Source: Octopus vulgaris
Taxonomy: Eukaryota
Assembly: GCA_951406725.2 (NCBI GenBank)
Contig: OX597815.1
Location: 104,718,001-104,782,000, forward strand
Direction of reading: 5' to 3'
DNA: 64,000 nt
A program made the position numbers and the translations under genes. Shown here in pieces: positions 42,610-57,200 of this stretch (position 1 is the first letter of the stretch; each line of letters starts with the position of its first letter). Below the pieces are notes generated by a model, which ran no database searches, was not told the DNA's origin, and saw nothing but the letters and a program-made list of their open reading frames with translations.

Positions 42610-43189
42610 TATATTATTAGTAAAAGAGTATCAGACTTATTCTGTTACATTTCCGTAAATTCGTTTGATGATTCCTCCTGGAACACAAGAGAAATAATCT
42701 GGTGCGAGTCACTCAAATATGAATCAAATTATCAATGGTATATGATGGCTTGAAAAATATCATTCGCGCACACGCACACACACACACACACACACACGCA
42801 CGCATATATTAATTGTGCCACAGAAATACGCATACACATGCAATGACGCATGTAATTCCAAAGGTAAGAAAATGCAGTGTCTCCATTGTGAATTTTCATA
42901 ATCTATGATGAATGTAAGAACTATGTCACTTGTGCTCGCCCGCGCGAATGTGTTTGCGCGGAACGAACCAGTGACCGAGAGAGAGAGAGAGAGGGAGAGA
43001 GAGTGAGAGGGAGAGAGTCACACAATTAAATATGTGAGACATAGTAATGTTACAAGTGTGATATAATCAACTTTATTTTTGTGCTGAGAGATATTGAATG
43101 TCCTGCAAACATTAGGTGATTAGTCTCATAGACAATTGGTGTTTTAGTGCTATAGATATCGGATGAATAGACATATCACCTATGTTCTA

Positions 43190-43560
43190 AAAGTTTCCAA
43201 TTATCAGTCTTATAATCGTTAGTTAATTGGTCCTATAAATGTCCGATATTATTCGAATGTACTTTTGGTGAATCGTCTTATAAACTTCAACTGATTATTT
43301 CTACAAACTTCAGATGTTTACGTCAGTAAATCTAACATTGTTCAATATAAAACCGAGGTGATCATTCTTATAAATTTCGGTTTATTAGCTCTATTAACCT
43401 ATAGACTATGACGATTAGTCCCACAAACGTCAGGTTATTAATCCCGTATACTACACATTAGTAGCCTACAAATATCAAGTTCTAACTTTCATAATCTTCG
43501 TGTAATTTGCCTTATAAACAGATGAACTTTAGATGATTATTCCAACAATTTCATAGCGTT
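43190..43560. repeat. Ancient degenerate ~23-bp minisatellite
   Basis: Recurrent gtc(c/t)tataaacttcag..gatta units. Confidence 0.5.
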
Positions 43561-43834
43561 CATAATTTCTATCAAAATTATTGTAAGACTAAGAGAAATA
43601 CTTGCGACTGGGAGTGGAAGCATTGTCATAGTGTAGATCGGTGAGAAAATTTTGAAACGGTTTTCCTAATGTGTGTGTGTGTGATTGAGTCAGTATGTTT
43701 GCACGGGTTATCATGTGCACGCTCATTTGACTTTCATCTCTTTCTTTCTTCACTCGAGTTAATGACTGCTCTATGTCACTCTTATCCTTTCCCTACAAGT
43801 GGCAGTGCATCTTAGTAGTACTGTATATAATAAG

Positions 43835-43882
<48 letters not shown>

Positions 43883-44429
43883 GAGTGAGAGAGGAGTGCA
43901 TACTATCAAAGTGACAGTGGGGTAAAATATACGAAGCCCAGTATACCCATCGTGATTACTCGTCTGATAAGGGTACATTAGGCACATGCATTACAACCGC
44001 ATGTGCACGATATGGTGATCTCATATTAAGATAAACAGCGCATGACCTTGCAGGTGAGGCCCTGTTAGAATTTTCTTCAGGTCGAGTAGCCCATCCCGCT
44101 CAAATGTTCCCTGAATAAGGGTTATTTAAAGATGTTGAACGAAACATCATGTTTCCAGAGGTGAATTATTCAAACCCCAAAGAATTCCTCTCAGCACATG
44201 GCTACAATACTCCCCCCATTACTTCTGCTTGTGATCAGAGATATACATATCGTCAGCCACGAAGGGACATCTTCAACTGATTAAGGTCAAGCAACTGACA
44301 AGAAATTCTGTGATACTGAGCAGAATATTTGCCATAGCCCATCTTTTATAACAAGACAAAACATGTACATGAATTACACTTCCTATCAGTTAAGATAAGA
44401 AGCCATGCGAGCCAGTGCTTAATATCATC
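43883..44429 (-). mobile_element. Reverse copy of the ~555-bp (AAT)n-tailed element
   Basis: Reverse complement of 33681-34235, with its (TTA)n tail at 43836-43882. Confidence 0.88.
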
Positions 44430-44449
44430 ATCACTATCATCATCATCTT

Positions 44450-45470
44450 TATTATTAGATTTCTTCTTCCTTCAATGTTGTTTCCATTTCTTGTCGAGTG
44501 TCTTACCGACACCTAGGGCAAAAAAAACTCACTGTATGCATTGATAGGCCATTAAAATAAACACACTAGATTGTTCAACGTTATGTAGAAAATAATTATT
44601 TACATGGAAGGTTATCGTTCTCACAGGACAATATTCTTCTCAATAGGTTTGAAGTCCCAGTTGAAATAATCTTTTACGCTTCATACATATTATTACAAGT
44701 CAGTTGCCCACAAATATTTCTATCAGTTTTCTTTATTTCACTGATATTCCAGTTCAACTACATCGAAGCTAATATCTAGCAACGGAGCTGCTAAGGAATT
44801 TATGGCTAACACCTTCTTATACACATTTAGCTCAGATTACAGAACTGCTCGTACTCTTCTATAACATTTCTTCCTGATCCTCTCTTTCAAGATTGCATGC
44901 TGAATGCCAGGGTCTTTATTTATTCCAAGGTGTTTATAGGTTTGTTTCTGCTCAAGTTCTTTTATATCTGTTTCAGCATCTAACACGACTAAATTTGAGG
45001 ATAACAATTTTCATTTCTTGATGTTGGCCTTGGCACACTTATCAAGATCAAATACCATCCTTATGTCATCACTGAGCGCTTTGACGTAACAGTCTTTCAA
45101 GCTCATCATTGTCTTTGCCATAAAGTTTTAAGACATCCATGTAAAATAGATGGCTTACTTGCTTGTTGTTAATTTTATAATACCTTGTTCTGTTAAGTTC
45201 AATTGTAAGTAGTAAAAAAAAAAATAAGGTCAAAGTGAGTTACCTTGGGAAATTCTATGATTGATGCTAATATTAGAATGATGCAATTAGAGACTCGTGT
45301 TCCACAATGACATATTATGCTTCAAAAAGTTTGAAATTATCGGACAAATTTCGAAGTTGTCAACGGTTTCAGGATCCATGAATGTGGTATGCTATCAAAA
45401 GCTTTTTTGTAATCAGTCCATGCGGAACTGAAATTTCCACACTTGATATAACAGTGCTCAAGAAATATAC
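44450..45470 (-). mobile_element. Internally deleted R4/Dong-like LINE (RT plus 3' UTR)
   Basis: Minus strand gives WTDYKKAFDSIPHSWI, HLFYMDVLKLY, DDIRMVFDLDKCAK, YKHLG, KKCYRRVRAVL, AINSLA. Ends in taataataa and is preceded by (TAA)n. Confidence 0.88.
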
Positions 45471-45471
45471 A

Positions 45472-45641
<170 letters not shown>

Positions 45642-46889
45642 TGTTGGTGTTGTTAGTATCAGTTTATATGTCTATGTGTATGTGCGTATATATATATATA
45701 TATATATATATATGAATTCTATTGTGACACACAAGAAGATACAGAGCTTATATGATATATAAATAATTATTTATAATATACATGTAATATATTTGAGTTA
45801 TACATGTTTAATTATAATAGAACTTAACCCTTTAAATTAGTATTTAGCTTGAAAATAATTTACAATTTAATGCGACGTCACCAGAAAGGAAATTAATACG
45901 AATGTGCTACGAGGAGTCGTCTATGCAGTAACTTGACTTGCCAGAAATATTTGCAACATCTCCCTCATAATACACTTAGCAGCCTTTAAAAAAAAGGTTA
46001 TATGGATAGTTTAATCCTAGATACGCGTAAAATATGGGATAGATATATTATAGATTTACTTGATCAGAGAAAACATACGCCTAGCAATAACAACACTCGC
46101 CAAATTATACGACCTAAAAATAATTTTGACAAAATTAGTAAGTCTTATGCATGCTAAATTCAGTTCACTAAACAGAAGCTTCGCGAAGATCTGAATTTAT
46201 AAACTAAGAACAAAGAAAGTGTAATATAAAATATCGTTGTAGACATGGTCAAAGAAAGTTATCAAGAAACACGTATTATGTATCCTATAATGTAGCAACA
46301 TTTACCGCATGATTACATACAATTAACTTACAGGCTATCTTTTACTCGAAGCATCAAAATTATTTCTCAACAGACTTGAGAAATACGGAAAGTATCCTGA
46401 GATTCGATCATTTAAGTCCGTTGATTTCCTAAATTAACTAGTGTACAACCTCTAATTTTGTTTTAAATTCTGTCAAAAATGATGGTAAAATTTTCTCACT
46501 CTATCACAATATGGTTCTAAAATGTAATTAAATATAACACGTTTAACTTAAAGACATGTACAAGATCGATAAGATAATTATGAAGTACACTTTCAAGTAA
46601 ACTACATAACATATATTGCATCTACTTTATATTGCATCTACAATATTGTCACTTAAAGAATTATATAGCAGATATATAAGGTATTACTTATGCTATAGTT
46701 CACTAAATACGAGACATGTCTTAAATATCGTATTAGGTATGGTGTAGCGAAAGTAAATGTTAGGATATCGAAAGTAGTTTATGCTGGGGATCAATCCCAA
46801 AAAGTTGTTTCAATCATTGGAAATCTGCTTAGCAGTTAAAGCTCAAGTTGCGAAATTTAAGGTATATATATATTATATATGGTAAATAT

Positions 46890-47021
46890 TTCAAGGTATT
46901 TAATCGAGTCCGATGAAACGCAAAGTTGAACTCGGCTGAATTTGAGCTCAGAACGTAGCGACGGACGAAATACCGGTAATCATTTCGCTTGGCGTGCTAA
47001 CGATTCTGACAGCTCGCCGCC

Positions 47022-47022
<1 letters not shown>
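46890..47022 (-). mobile_element. 5' part of a MetaSINE-like SINE
   Basis: aatttgagctcagaacgtag...gcgtgctaacgattctgacagctcgccgcctt. Confidence 0.75.
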
Positions 47023-47094
<72 letters not shown>

Positions 47095-47105
47095 TAATAA
47101 TGATA

Positions 47106-47665
47106 GGCGTGGCTGTGTGGTAAGAAGCTTGTTCCCAACCACATGGTTCCGGAATCAGTTCCGCTGCGGGGCAGCTTGGGCAAGTGTAATTTACTATAGG
47201 ATTTGGTAGGCGGAACCTGAAAGAAGCCCGTCGTATATATAAGTTTTTTTATTTTTTATTTTCTCTCGGTTTATTTCCTCGTGTTCCTTTCTGTTGAAGA
47301 GCGTAGGCTCGAAACTTAAAAGACTTTCTCACCTTCCCGAGCGCCAAACTAATACACCTGCTTGTTGTTTATACACCTGTCTTCGTCTTTTGTTTTCTGT
47401 AAATTTGAAGTATATATATATATATATGTGCGTGTGTGTGTGTATGTGTGTATTTGAGTGTCTGTGTTTGTCTCCCCATCATCGCTTGACAGCTGATGTT
47501 GGTGTGTTTACGTCCCCGTAGCGTAGCGGTTCGGCAAAAGAGGCCGATAGAATAAGTACTAGGCTCACAAAGAATAAATTCTGGGATTGATTTGTTCGAC
47601 AAAAGGCGATGCACCAGCATGGCCGGTCGTAGTTGAATGACTGAAACAAGTAAAAGAATAAAACA
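47106..47665 (+). mobile_element. tRNA-derived SINE interrupted in its internal TA tract by a PLE terminal-repeat element (~47245-47412; hammerhead-like motif 47286-47324)
   Basis: Head ggcgtggctgtgtggtaagaagc (A-box-like)...gggcaagtgt; tail ...cggttcggcaaaaga...gactgaaacaagtaaaaga; the insert carries cctttctgttgaagagcgtaggctcgaaacttaaaagac. Confidence 0.85.
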
Positions 47666-48295
47666 ACAAAATTATAAAATTTCACAACACTGATGTACAG
47701 TTAAATGCCGTAAGCATCCACTCATACCTGCCCTTGTTATCATCGTTATTAATTTTTTATGTTTAAATATATTACATCTAAAGTACATACATAGATATAT
47801 CTGTTGTATTATACAACTTAACAATAGCGCCTGAAGGACAACACCTAGCATATGATACCGACAAAAAATGCATAGGAAATATTGCTAAATGAAGTCATGC
47901 CTTCTGGTTAACTATTAGATCAGGTAGAAATTGTTTGATATCTATAAGTTAAATGATTTCCTGTTCGTTTTCTTGGGTAAAATTATGGATCACGGTTTTG
48001 AATAAGGAAGTATTCTCAAAAAATACCTGAAGGAAAGAGTTTCTACTGAAATGAGGTCAACATATACCTAAGAAACGCCTGTAGCCAATATGTAAATAGA
48101 GTTGCTTCGATTGAAACATATTTTAAACATTCAAATTTTACTGCTGAATAGAATTTTTAATTTACAAAATATTTATTACAAATAGCAGAAATCAACGACA
48201 ATAGCATTATATGTTTAAATCATTAAATGTATTGAATACATATGCATCATATTTTAAATGTACATATAGTTTTCAATATAAACCAGTTTTTTTTT

Positions 48296-50137
48296 ACGTT
48301 CTGAATTCCAATTCCACTGAGGTCGACTTTGTTTTTCATCCTTTCAGAGTCAATAAAATAAGAACCAGTTGAACACTGGGCACAGGGTAATCGACATAAC
48401 CTTGAACTTTCTGGCCTTGTGCCAAAATTTGAAATCAGTATGTTATAACAGTTTAAATGTATATATTAGTTTAAACTAAAAATAATACTTTTGTTGTATT
48501 TAGTTTTCAGTTTGTTTTAATCTATGGAAGCAAGATTTTTTACAAATGTTTACTTTGTTGTAACTCGATTCACTAATATCTATTATTATATTTTTATTGA
48601 TAAAAGCGGCGAGCCGGCAAATTCGTTAGCACGCCGGACAAAATGGCGTTCCTCCTGGCTTTTTATGTTCTGAGTAAAATTTCCACCGAGGCTGCTTTTA
48701 CCTTTCATCCATTCGGGATGAAATACCAGACGAGTGCTGGAGAGCATGTACTCAATTACCCACCCCCCACAAAATTTCAGACCTTGTGCCTATAGCAAAA
48801 AGTATTATTCTTATTATAAGGCCGCGAGCTAGCAGAACAGGCGTGGGGGGATTGAGTACATCAGTCCCATATAATTGGACTTCATTATATCGACCCCCGA
48901 AAGAGACAGCTGACCTCGGCAAGATTTGAATTCAGTACAAAAAAAATCGTAAGAAAATCTGCAAACCGTTTTTTCTAACGTTCTAGATATTCTGCCAGCT
49001 CGGCGCCTAAAGAGAACGATTAAAATTACTAGGTTTTACCAATTCATCATATTCTGGAATCGATATTGAAATAAGTCAACCATTTTGTTGGTAATATCTG
49101 CCAGAATATGAAGATGAAGAATCGAATTGGATTCCACTTATAGCTGAACCATTAATATTGATTTAAAATTTTGACACAAGATCAGCAAATGCGGGAGAGG
49201 AGGGCTAGTCGATTACATCGGCTCCAATGTTCATCTGACACTTATTCTATCGACCCAGACAGAATGAAAGGCAAACTCGACCACGGCGGAATATGAACGT
49301 AGAACGTAAAGGCGAGCGAAATGTGGCTAAGAATCTTGCCCGGCGTGCTAACGATATTGCCATCTCAAGCTGACCCATTAATATTACCTTTCTTTAATGC
49401 GGCGAGCAGAATCGTTAGCAAAATGCTTAGCGGCATTTCGTTCATCTTTACGTTCTGAGTTCAAATTCCGCTGTGGATGACTTTGTCTTTCATCCTTTGG
49501 GGGCGATAAAATAGGTACTAGTTGAAAACTGGGGTCGATGGAATTTACTTGCCCCGTTCCCCGAAATTGCAAGCCTTGTGCCAAAATTTGAAACCAGTTT
49601 TACCTGTCTTTAAGGCGGTGAGCTGGTAGAATCGTTAGCACGCCAGGCGAAATATTTAGCGGCATTTCGTCTATCTTTACATTCTGAGTTAAAATTCCGT
49701 TGAGGGCGACTTATCCTTTCAGGGTCGATAACATAAATACCAGTTGAGTACTGGAGTCGATCTTAACCTCCACCTCCAAAATTTGAAACCAATATTAGGT
49801 TTCTACTTTCAAAGTGAGGAGGAGGATATAAATGACAATACAATTATTTTTTAATAGATGTCGACTGAACGAAATGAATTAAAAATGATTTGATATAAAT
49901 TTTTACGCAATAATAATATTATTCCGGATCTTAAGGAATAATCGTAAGCAGAATCGTTAGCACGCCGGGAAAGATGCATTGCGGCATTTTGTCCGTCTTT
50001 ACGTTCTGAGTTCAAATTCCGCCGGGGTCGAAGTTTACCTTTCGGAGTCGATAAAATAAGCACTAGCTGAATACTGGAATACATGTAATCGATATACCAC
50101 TCACCGAAATTCCTGGCCTTGTCCAAAATTGTGAAAC
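48296..50137. mobile_element. Cluster of seven MetaSINE-like SINEs in both orientations
   Basis: Plus strand: ~48296-48435, 48606-48797, 49398-49595, 49613-49790, 49947-50137. Minus strand: ~48840-49008, 49165-49362. Shared gaatcgttagcacgcc, gttctgagttcaaattcc and gggtcgataaaataagtaccag motifs. Confidence 0.88.
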
Positions 50138-51047
50138 TAATAATATTGTTCCGAACTTAATCCATTCGTTGAAGTAATACTAGCCAAATCACTATCGTAG
50201 ACCGGTTTAATAAAACTATTATATGAATTATAAGACACAAGTGGATAAGTTATAACACGTTTCTATGAAGTGAACTGACACATTCGTGGGAATCAGTTAT
50301 TATGTAGATCAAATTAAGCTTTGTCTTTGAATATTTTGTTTACCTGAATAATAATGGCTCAAAATCTCAGAACTTTTTAAGTTTAAAAACAAAGTTTTTG
50401 TCGAATTGTATTTCGCCCTTTTTGGAAGAAGATTCATCTTTAATTAGGCTTGTGCAAACAAGAATTGAACGTATCTAACTTTTACAACTGCTGTAGGATT
50501 GACTTCTGCATACTGCAACAACACGTAACGATCGCAGATGGTTATAAGACTGTATGAGAATTATTTAATTAATTTTTACACAGCTATGTTAAATATATTA
50601 TACGTAGGTGCAGAATAAGGGTGTGTCATATCGAATCTCGATGTGAAACCGCCATAATCGGAATTCTAAGCAGTCAACACTTTTTGCGTAAAACATAACG
50701 TCAGCTGAATGCTGTAACTAAATATGCTATTAATTATTGAGGACTGATCTGATTATTTTTAATCATTATAGATTATTATAGATTATTAATTAATAAAGTG
50801 TAATTAATTGCAATAATCGATAATATTGCCTTTATTTAAATTAATAAGCTTCGTGTTTTTATTGGGTTCCTTATTATTAGAAAGTACGTATGTATGTTCA
50901 ACCATTGTTCAAGACGTCAAGTTTTCATTAGGTAGGAAAATATTTTTCATTTATATGTTTAATATTTATTTCTCTGTATTCATATTCACGTATTCTCTTA
51001 CTCTCTTTAAACTTTTGCTCCCTCTCTTCGCTTTCTTTCCCTTCCAT

Positions 51048-51115
<68 letters not shown>

Positions 51116-51826
51116 AGAAACCTTTCACCAATCTGATGTTTTGAATATTTTTGTATTTTGTGATAGCCTTATGTAACTATGCATTAACACCTCGAAATTA
51201 AGTGCTGTATTTGTACTATTAGCACCTGAAATGTTGTGGTACAGTATTATACAAGAAATTGAACCTAATTAATACAAAACTAGACTGTGCCGTATAAAGC
51301 TTCTCGTGCAGAGTGACTTAAAAGTCGTCAGTGACGAAAATATAACCGACCACAAATCAAGCTGTTTGAATGTATAGATCAATTGAAAGTTCAATTACAG
51401 TAGTATTTCCTACAAAGCTTTCAGGTCACCCTATACACAATATGAGATATATAAGTGCTTATAAATTTCTGTAGCATCTTTAATATTATTCTGCTTGTCA
51501 CAGCGTTCGTACGTCTAAGTGTTCCGCAGTAAACAACCTTAATTATGGAACAAAATCAAAAGCATAATCTAAATCTTTACTGTAATAAAGTGTTATACTT
51601 TAAACACTCTTAACTTTGAGCTAAAACTCAAGACTCAATTCTTATGAAAATCTATAAATTAATCCATCAAATAGAAATAAGAAAATTTATGATGCGGAAT
51701 TATAACGGGTTGCAATATTTTTTATAATTGTAGTGATGTTTACTTTATGGCGAGTATAGACATTAAATTGAATTTAACTGTCGTATAGATTTGGTGTATA
51801 TATATCAGAATGTAAAGCCCCATCCC

Positions 51827-51865
<39 letters not shown>

Positions 51866-51940
51866 AATAAATATGAGAACAATAGTTCTAAAAATAATAT
51901 CGTTGGTGGCCGCGAGCACAAGCCGTGCAGGAAAATTAAT

Positions 51941-52016
<76 letters not shown>

Positions 52017-52228
52017 TAGGGTAATACATAAACACCTGCTTCGCTAGAAATAGAAGTCAAAATATTTCTAAGCCACTGAAGAATCACAAAATTAATACAG
52101 GCATGATAGGAAAAAAAATTAGTAAGAATAGCGTCCTACCTCGGCATACATACATATATCCATACATGCACACGTATACCGATATATAAGTATGAACAAC
52201 ATAAATATCCATATATATAAGTATATAG

Positions 52229-52313
<85 letters not shown>

Positions 52314-52695
52314 GTATGTATGTGTGTGTGTGTGTATATATGTATATGTGTATGTGCAAATACATTTAAATTGATGTTTAAAAAATAGATGTTCGCATGA
52401 AACTGAAATATTATTGTGCTAATATCAAGTTATCATGAAGATCTCCTTCACCATAATTATTTTCTATACAATATCAAAATATAGTTTATACTCTAACAAA
52501 ACTACTTTTTCAGTGAATTTAATATGAACTAATCAATGTTTTCAATTTTATTTCTAGAAGTTGCACTTTTGACAGATATTCACACATGAAATGCATTGAA
52601 ACACACTTGAAATGAAACGATGCAGTATAATAACTGAAGAAGGAAAACAGTTTTGAAACAAACTGTCTAATTAAGAGCATATATTTGTGACTTAC

Positions 52696-52859
52696 CTGTT
52701 CTAAAATTGATGATTATATCTAGAAAGAAGACTGTGTCTGATATACAGTTGAATACTATCCAGTGTGTGCTGAGATCATCGTTAAAAAATGATATTGCTA
52801 CGGGTAAAATTATAAGATTTGCAATAAGCAAGACCAACATGAAGAGGTCCCAATAAAAC
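52696..52859 (-). CDS. HCN: Internal coding exon of an HCN (Ih, hyperpolarisation-activated cyclic nucleotide-gated) channel, S1-S2 region
   Basis: The minus strand reads atctatttcag|G TTT TAT TGG ... TTT AGA ACA G|gtaagt. Translation (R)[54 protein letters not shown](G) closely matches the invertebrate Ih/HCN S1-S2 segment ([44 protein letters not shown]). 164 bp, phase 2 in and phase 1 out, canonical AG/GT, no stops. Confidence 0.96.
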
Positions 52860-53914
52860 CTGAAATAGATGGAAAATATATGAATAATATGAATTGAATG
52901 ATAAGGATTGAATAATAAAGTATCAATTCAGTAAAATGTTTTAAATATATCATTAAATTTCCAAAGAGCACAATCTAATATGACTATAAATGTTGGTCAG
53001 CCAAAATAAACATACAATATAAGGATTCTAACTTTAAATTATTGAACAGCACATGATAAAGCAAGAGTACATTTATTTAATGAGTTGATACATGCATTTT
53101 AAAACGTAATACAGTACAGTCTAGACTAATAAATGGAAGTAAATCTTGTTTTCATATATGATGAAACAATTATATTGAAAATAGAAACTCTATAGACTAA
53201 GTAAAAATATGTATGACATTACAAATTAACAAAGCAATTAAATATAAATACAAAATTCGAAATGAAGCATAAATCTGTTCAATAAGTAGAATGAGGTTTT
53301 TGCATATAGTTATAGCCAGTTTAGATAACATGGAATATAAGTAGGCGCTAGTGATAACCAGCAATTGTTCTAAACTAAAAGCAGGAACAGACAGCTTGAT
53401 TACGTCAGCGCATAATTAATATATATCCATTAGAATTAGCAAACCGTAATAACAATGAGGCTAATAGCAAAAGGATAATGTGCTACTTTTATGAAGAATC
53501 ATTAAACATCTTCCTGGCTGAGCGGTATTCGCAAAGATGGAAAGAATCCTAATTATAATCATTTGTTAACATTTCAATACCTTCTGAATCATTAAGTAAT
53601 AGGAGCAAACAATAAAAGTGTGTCTGACTATGGTCGAGCTCTATACTCTAGCCTATACCTATGCAGATTTTCAGACGTAATAAATACAAACTCTTGACAG
53701 TGATCTAACGAAAGTGCTTTATTTTACTTGCTTCAGTACATATCAATGTGAAGGTAGCCATGTTGCAGAATAATGAATTTTTTTGAATAATTCACAATCA
53801 GTTTTGTGAATTACATTCTGAGATTAAATACTATCAAAATCACCGTGTCTTTTAAGTGTTTTGAAGAAGAAAATTAATATCTGTTTTCTCCATGTGAAAA
53901 AAGTCCCATTTATA

Positions 53915-54400
53915 ACTTGTGAGATATCTCTTATAGTTAAAGAAATGAATGAAATGTTCTATAACCAGTAATGTTTTATATTCATTTATCTATTATTTGT
54001 ACAGTAAATTGTTTTATTACCAGTGACATATTATATAGCTAGTGAGATATCTTATAGCCAGTTATATGATTTATATCCAGTAGCATCCCTTATACCTAGT
54101 GATATGTTTTTATGACTTTTATAGGAAGTGAGATGGTTCATATTCAATGACATATGTTATATTGCAACAACGTCATATGTCTAGAGATGTATTATATCCA
54201 GCGATATATATTATAGCTGGTAGCATGTCTTATGTCCAACGATGCATCTCATAACCAGTGAGATGCCATATAATCATCGATGATATATCTTATAAATATT
54301 GATATTATGTCCTATATCTTACAACAGGTGAGATATAGGTAGCATGATATAGCACATGATATGTGTTATAACGAATGTTTAATAGCTAATGATATATCTA
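53915..54400. repeat. Degenerate ~19-20-bp minisatellite (ttatagccagtgagatatc-like)
   Basis: Many decayed units with ccagtg/ctagtg...atat...ttata periodicity. Confidence 0.65.
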
Positions 54401-56759
54401 TAACTATTAATATTTATTACAACTGGCACATAACTCGTGAGATACTTGATGCAGAATTTTTCAGAAGGAAAAATATACCCCCATCCATGGGGAGTATTAT
54501 CTTCAATAATAAACTACTCATTCCGTTATACAGAAAAAAATATCATTCAGTCTGTTGTAATAGTCATACCTTTTCCTATGGAATTGGTAATACAAATGAA
54601 ATATGACCGCAGTTAAGGTTTGAAACTGTATTGCAGACTGGAATTGGTGGGAGTTTGTCTAATCCTCTACTTATTGCCTATAATTAATAAAGCAGTTATC
54701 AAAGGATCCTCTTTTCACCCACACACAAAGAGACTGTTCATCAAGCTAATGAGAAATATATATAATATACTCATCAGGAGGGATTCTATAGCAGGTTAAG
54801 AAACTAGATCAACTGGTTTTACAGAAAACACAATACAACAAACGAAAAAGCTATGATCTTGAAATAAACAGGTTATAGTTTGGTACTTTAGTTAGTCGAC
54901 TATTTACAACATATTTGGTGGACATCTGATCATGGAAAACATACTCAACAGCTTCCGAAACTAAGCAGGCATTCACAAACTGAAAAGATACATTATCTTT
55001 CATAACGTATCTGAATTAGGGTAAACTTCTATTCTGGTTTTAGACTAAACAAATGAATTAAACAATAGATTTTACTAAGACAAGTTTACCGACTACTTTG
55101 AAGATGTTTGTTGGCTGCTCTAATGTTTTCCTATGCCATCTCAGTAGCTATTATCTATTCAGCCATCTTATCCAGTTCTCCAACATGCAACCAGTTCTCT
55201 TCTCCTATTTAATTCTCACGCACTCATCATTGTAGTTACCGAGAACCGGAAACAGAGCATTTAGCAAGCGTATAAAAATGCACAATGCTCTGGCTGCTTA
55301 AAACAAGTTATACCATTCACAATTAGCCTCATATTCAGATAAAAAGTCTATTGATTAATTGGAAATCGACAAAATATTTACATCAGCATAGACACTGTTA
55401 TATCGATAACTGTAAAGAAAATAAGGTTTAGAATTGCAATCCAGCTGAAATGTTCATATATGCAATATATAATTGAAGTGGTGCATAAGTTTGACGTGAA
55501 AGTAACGTGAAAGTGTTGGAATGTTGGTAAATCAAACTTTGAGATGTAGATTTATAGAAACCAAATTACGCCTCAGATTTAATGTCAGAAAACGTAATTA
55601 CTTGAACACAAATAACTGTCTAGATGTAACTTTTGTAAATATAAATTATGTAAAACCCCAATATGATGTTGTTTCAGCGCAAGAAAGCCATTAGATATTA
55701 GGCATATAAAATGGGATTAACTAAATTTTAAAAACATTTCTGAAATCAAAATTAGATTTTGTAATAAAATGATCTTCTAGAAGACAGACCTAGTAACACT
55801 GATTTAGTAGGCAATTTTAATATACTTTCAGATAGTTATAGAATGCAGCATATTTGACAACTTTGCTTAGATAACATAATTCATATTGGAGTTTCAGATT
55901 ATTCGAACGTTCTTTCTTATGAATTAGAAAGAATATATTTATATCTCTAAAATGGTATCAAAGTATAATTTGTGAACAATAGAAAACAAATCGCAAATAG
56001 ACAGGTATATGTACATGTAGCAAAATGTGTTTACAAATATATAACTTTGGTATACTCTATGAATATCGAAAATCTCAAAATATTTGCGTACAAATGCAAG
56101 AAAATCCAGACTACATTCAACATAGTTTTGTAAAAATATTTTTAGGATCAACTCATGGACCGACAACTTTTCAAAAGTTGTAAAATGAAATGATGATTTT
56201 TGAGACCAAAACTGAAGCCAATGATAGAAAAGGAAATAAAAATAAGAAGTGTTTACTTTCTCTCGATTCTAACTGTAATACACTTTGCTTTGAGGATGTT
56301 GCAAATTAGGCAAATAAACGTCAACAAATATAAAAAATGCAGCGGGGAAAATGAAAATAATCTAATATAAATGCAATTGAAAAATTTATTTGTAATGCTG
56401 TAAGACTTTAGAAAATTTATAAGTAACGCTATGAAAAATTGGAGGAAATGCTAGGTGAAAGAATATTAAATACATTTTTCCTAACAATAATTCATATGGT
56501 GTTGAGGAATATTTATGGTAAAACTAGCTCTGTTTAATTATCAAGGATATTTAATTTCTGATTCATATATTTTTTGTATGAGTAGAAGATACCAGGTCTA
56601 TAAGGGGAAGGGAAATGAAATTGACTTTAGAAAAGGTGCCATTTATTCTGGAATATCCATTCAAGTTTCTAAAATATAATATTGCTATTTCTCTCCAGCT
56701 TTGAATTTCTCTTTTGCTCTAGACTGAATTCACTTCATAAATTGATTAAAATTTATTTC

Positions 56760-57200
56760 AGGTCATTTTTAGAAATCTTTGCTTGGATCACAAGTCGGTC
56801 CTGACAAGTTTCAAGCATACGGCTGTCGGCCTCGAAACAAACTGCAATCAAAATATGCAGAACTAGTGGGTATTGCAATCCCAGTGTCCGAGTCGGTGCG
56901 TAACCTGGGAATCCATATGGGTAATGATGCATCATTCTATGTGCATACTACTAAGATGGCACTGTGCAGGCGAGTACTGGTTGGAATCTTAGATCATTCA
57001 GAACACGAAAAAGGGAAACCATGTTGCTCCTATAGAGAACATTCATGCTCAGTCACCTAGTTTACTGCTCTCAATTATAGTCGCCAAAAGACTCCAAATT
57101 AATTACAGAATTCGAGGCAATCCAACGCCACTGTACCAAGAAGGTTACCTCAGTGCAACAAATGGATTCATGGGAGAAGCTAAAAGAAGTGAGGCGAAAA
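56760..57200 (+). mobile_element. CR1-like LINE fragment (post-RT)
   Basis: VRNLGIHM, WILRSFRTRKRETMLLL, HL.YCSQL*SP, EAIQR..TK, SWEKLKE; homologous to the region around 39850-40150. Confidence 0.8.

Noticed and set aside
47106-47180. tRNA-like heads of SINEs as tRNA genes
   Set aside because: No complete cloverleaf; they run directly into SINE bodies.
54780-55020. Possible RTE-like LINE relic (TKQAF..LK-like)
   Set aside because: A single weak motif; insufficient evidence.
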